DNA from: Gemmatimonadota bacterium
Lineage (GTDB): Bacteria; Gemmatimonadota; Gemmatimonadetes; Gemmatimonadales; GWC2-71-9
NCBI GenBank assembly: GCA_003222035.1
Contig: QHUS01000092.1
Coordinates: 8,202-72,201, forward strand
Direction of reading: 5' to 3'
DNA: 64,000 nt
Shown piece after piece: positions 61,183 to 64,000 of the stretch (positions within the stretch are counted from its first letter, which is position 1; each line of letters begins with the position of its first letter). Both the position numbers and the translations under genes were made by a program. The notes under the pieces were generated by a model. The model saw only the letters and a program-made list of their open reading frames with translations. It made no database searches and had not been told where the DNA came from.

Positions 61183-62291
61183 CTACAGCTCGGGGTGGGT
61201 AACGGCCTCGGCCACCAGGTCGGCGACGCGCGCCCGTACCCGCAGGATGGCGGTGTTGGCCCGGGTGGGATTGACGCGGTTCGTGAGCAGGATGATGAAC
61301 AGATCGCGGTCCGGGTCCATCCAGATCGACGTACCGGTGAAGCCCGTATGGCCGAATGAACGGCGCGACAGCTTCGTGCCCGCGCTCGAATACCCGGAGT
61401 CCGCAGGCGTGTCCCACCCCAGCGCCCGGCTCGAGCCCGGGGGCATGTTCTGGCGCTCGGTGAATTCCGCGACGGTCTCCGCGCGAATCAGCTGCAGGGT
61501 GTCCCACGCTCCGCCGTTCAACAGCATCGCGGCGAAACGCGAGAGATCGAGCGCGTTCGAGAACAGGCCGGCGTTCCCCGACACGCCACCCAGCCGCGCC
61601 GCGCTCTCGTCGTGGACCTCGCCGCGGAGCCAGCGGTGGCGGAAGACGGTGTCGTGCTCGGTGGGAGCGATGCGATCGCGCCACGATGCTGGCGGCAGGA
61701 AGCGCGTCGCCGGCATTCCCAGCGGGCCGAAGACCCGCGTCTCGACCCAGCGGTCGAACGGCTCCCCGGTCACGCGCTCGACCACCTGCATCAGGACGAT
61801 GGCGCTCAGATCGGAGTAGCGGTAGCTCGTGCCGGGCGGGGCGAGCAGCGTCGTCGTATCGACCGCCGCGAGCGCGGGCCGCCGCGACGCGGTCTCGGCT
61901 CCGGGACGTATCGCGCGATCGGCGCGTCGAGCGCCAGCCGGCCCTCATCTACGAGGATCATGCAGGCGGTGGTCAGCGCGACGACCTTCGTGAGCGACGC
62001 GAGATCGTACAGCGTGCCCGCCTCGACGGGACGCCGGTCGTCGACGCCGTAGTGCCCGACGGGCGCGAGCGCCGCGAGCCGGCCGTGCCGTCCCACGGCG
62101 AGCACCGCTCCGGGGAATGCGCCGCTATCGCTCTCGGCCGCGAGGTAGCTCACGACTGCGGTCAGCCGGGCGCTGTCGAGGCCCAACGACCTCGCCGGTG
62201 CCAAGGGGATCCCGGCACTCTTGGGCGGGGTCGGGCCGCCCGATGAGCACGCCACGACCAGTCCGATGAGCGCGCAGCGAAGGGGCCTCAT
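61183..62291 (-). pseudogene. Beta-lactamase-family serine hydrolase (AmiE/NamA-like), frameshift/deletion near 61898
   Basis: Lipobox VVAC, DLASLTK (SxxK), YRYSD, GEVHDE, GHTGFTGT, LLTNRV; T(I/V)R.LLTH.SGL segment missing. Confidence 0.8.
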
Positions 62292-64000
62292 GGTCCCGCG
62301 ACGGGGACGGTCACGCCCCAGCCGACGGGGTAGTCGGGCGGGATGCGGGTCGGCAGGTGGCCGGCGATGGGCACGCGGCCCAGGAGGGCGAGTGCCACGG
62401 CGCGCTCCGACGCTCGCACGCCGCTCCAGGCGACGAGGTAGGAGCGTACGCCGGGCGTCTGATTCAGCAGGTACGGGCTGCCCAGCGAGACGAGCACCGT
62501 CGGCCGGGCCGCGTCGGTGGCCGTGATGAGCTGCGCGAGTGAATCGGGAAGCGCGATGTTCCCGCGCGACGAGATCGGGCGAACGTTGGCGAGGAATACG
62601 GTCGCGGGCGCCCGGGCGATCACGGCCCGAGCAGAGTCGTACGACAGCGTGCCCGACATCGGCCAGAGCCTGTAATAGTCGACCGTATCGCCGCCCTGAC
62701 GCAGCAGCTCACCCAGATATTGACCCACGCTGGAGTTGAATTCGTCGGCATATGCGATCACGGCGAGCCGCCCGGGGCGTCCCCGCAGCGCGTGCAGGCG
62801 CCCACCGACGTCGCGCACGAGCGTGAGCGCGCGAACGGCGAGGTCGTTCGCCGCGTCCTGAAAGCGACGCGTGCCGACGGTGTAGGGGATCGAGTCGAGC
62901 GGCACGGTCCGCCGCTGGAACAGGGCGAGCTGCTGCTTGATGGCGAGCAGCCGGCGCACCGACTGTGCCAGTCGCTCCGGCGTGATGCGACCCGCGGCCA
63001 CCGCCGCCGTCATCGCCACCACCGCTGAGTCCGGATCCGCGGGCATCAGGAGGAGGTCGGAGCCCGCGAGGAAGGCACGCACCGTCGCCTCGCCGGCCCC
63101 GTACTTCGCCACGATGGCGCCCATCGTCAGCGCGTCGGTCACCACCAGACCGGTAAAACGGAGGGAGTCGCGCAGCAGACCCGTCAGCACGGCCCGGGAC
63201 AAGGTGCCGGGGTCGTCCGACCCGGTGAGCGCGGGGAACGCGATGTGTGCGCTCATCACCACGTCGGCCCCAGCGGCGATTCCGGCGCGGAACGGGACCA
63301 GTTCGAGCGAGTCGAGACGCGCGTACCCCGCCGTGATCACCGGGAGACCGATGTGGGAATCGGTTTGCGTGTCGCCGTGACCCGGGAAATGCTTGAGCGT
63401 CGAGAGCATGCCGTGCTCGTGCAGCCCGCGCACGTACTCCGATACCAGACGAGACACGGTGCGCGGGTCCTCGCCGAACGACCGGATGTTGATGATCGGA
63501 TTTGCCGGGTTGTTGTTGACGTCGGCATCGGGGGCGAAATTGACGTGGATCCCGACGGCCCGGCCCTCGACGGCGGCGGCGGCGCCGATCGTGTACGCAT
63601 CGCGGGGGTCGCCGGTGGCACCGACCGCCATGATCTGCGGGAATGCCGTCGCTCCCACGACGCGCATCGCGGCTCCCCACTCGAGGTCGGCCGAAACGAG
63701 CAGCGGCAGCCGAGAGCGTCGTTGCAGGGCATTGAGCTTGGTGGCGATGTCGAGGGGCGAGCCGACCGAAATAATCAGCCCCCCGATCTCCAGGGAGTCC
63801 ACCCAACGGGCCGCCACCTGGAAAAGCGAATCGTCGAATGCGGTGTAACTTCCCGAGAGCCAGGGGACGACGAGCTGTCCGACCTGCTGGCGAATGCTGA
63901 GCGTTGCGAGCAGCGAATCGACGGACCCGCCGGGGACGGGTGACGCGGGATGGGGGGCTGGGGGCACGGGTCCGGCCGTCCGTCCGACTGTTTGACCCCC
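62288..64000 (-). CDS. nagZ: GH3 beta-N-acetylglucosaminidase, 5' end beyond window
   Basis: ADLEWG, FAPDADVNNNP.NP.INIRSFGEDP, KHFPGHGDTQTDSH, VTDALTMG; frame open to the window edge. Confidence 0.9.
   Translation of the reverse strand, partial: GGQTVGRTAGPVPPAPHPASPVPGGSVDSLLATLSIRQQVGQLVVPWLSGSYTAFDDSLFQVAARWVDSLEIGGLIISVGSPLDIATKLNALQRRSRLPLLVSADLEWGAAMRVVGATAFPQIMAVGATGDPRDAYTIGAAAAVEGRAVGIHVNFAPDADVNNNPANPIINIRSFGEDPRTVSRLVSEYVRGLHEHGMLSTLKHFPGHGDTQTDSHIGLPVITAGYARLDSLELVPFRAGIAAGADVVMSAHIAFPALTGSDDPGTLSRAVLTGLLRDSLRFTGLVVTDALTMGAIVAKYGAGEATVRAFLAGSDLLLMPADPDSAVVAMTAAVAAGRITPERLAQSVRRLLAIKQQLALFQRRTVPLDSIPYTVGTRRFQDAANDLAVRALTLVRDVGGRLHALRGRPGRLAVIAYADEFNSSVGQYLGELLRQGGDTVDYYRLWPMSGTLSYDSARAVIARAPATVFLANVRPISSRGNIALPDSLAQLITATDAARPTVLVSLGSPYLLNQTPGVRSYLVAWSGVRASERAVALALLGRVPIAGHLPTRIPPDYPVGWGVTVPVAGP

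Overview
High-GC (about 70% by eye) bacterial chromosomal window. The gene content (multiple TonB paralogues, Oar-like TonB-dependent receptor, M6 protease, short 7-9-mer tandem repeats) resembles Gemmatimonadota; this assignment is inference. About 58 genes and one tRNA-Ala(TGC); no CRISPR array, phage or IS is seen. The most striking region is 0.8-16.5 kb. A minus-strand operon encodes a complete bacterial ceramide pathway (Spt, bCerS-like GNAT, CerR-like reductase, AUR1/IPC-synthase-like PAP2). It converges on a 13-gene plus-strand cluster for a polar head group: HAD, NTP-transferase, ITPK1-like ATP-grasp, class III aminotransferase, Gfo/Idh/MocA dehydrogenase, two CDP-alcohol phosphotransferases, a flippase, DedA, two YdjM-like hydrolases, an alpha/beta hydrolase and a PHM-like copper monooxygenase. 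Together they suggest an undescribed amino-cyclitol or amino-sugar phospho-sphingolipid. Also present: an M6 protease with a dockerin-like tail plus a cohesin-like lipoprotein, a sodA/puuD-like/ahpE block, a sugar ABC transporter with an alpha-galactosidase, two-component genes, an expanded TonB-ExbB-ExbD locus, hppA, amino-acid transporters, and a peptidoglycan-salvage locus (NagZ, AmiE-like, NamZ, amino-sugar kinase, two SSS symporters, DUF6259-like protein, TBDR). Five conserved genes carry clean internal deletions of roughly 50-110 nt, more likely assembly gaps than true pseudogenes. All family assignments come from motif recognition by eye, not database searches.
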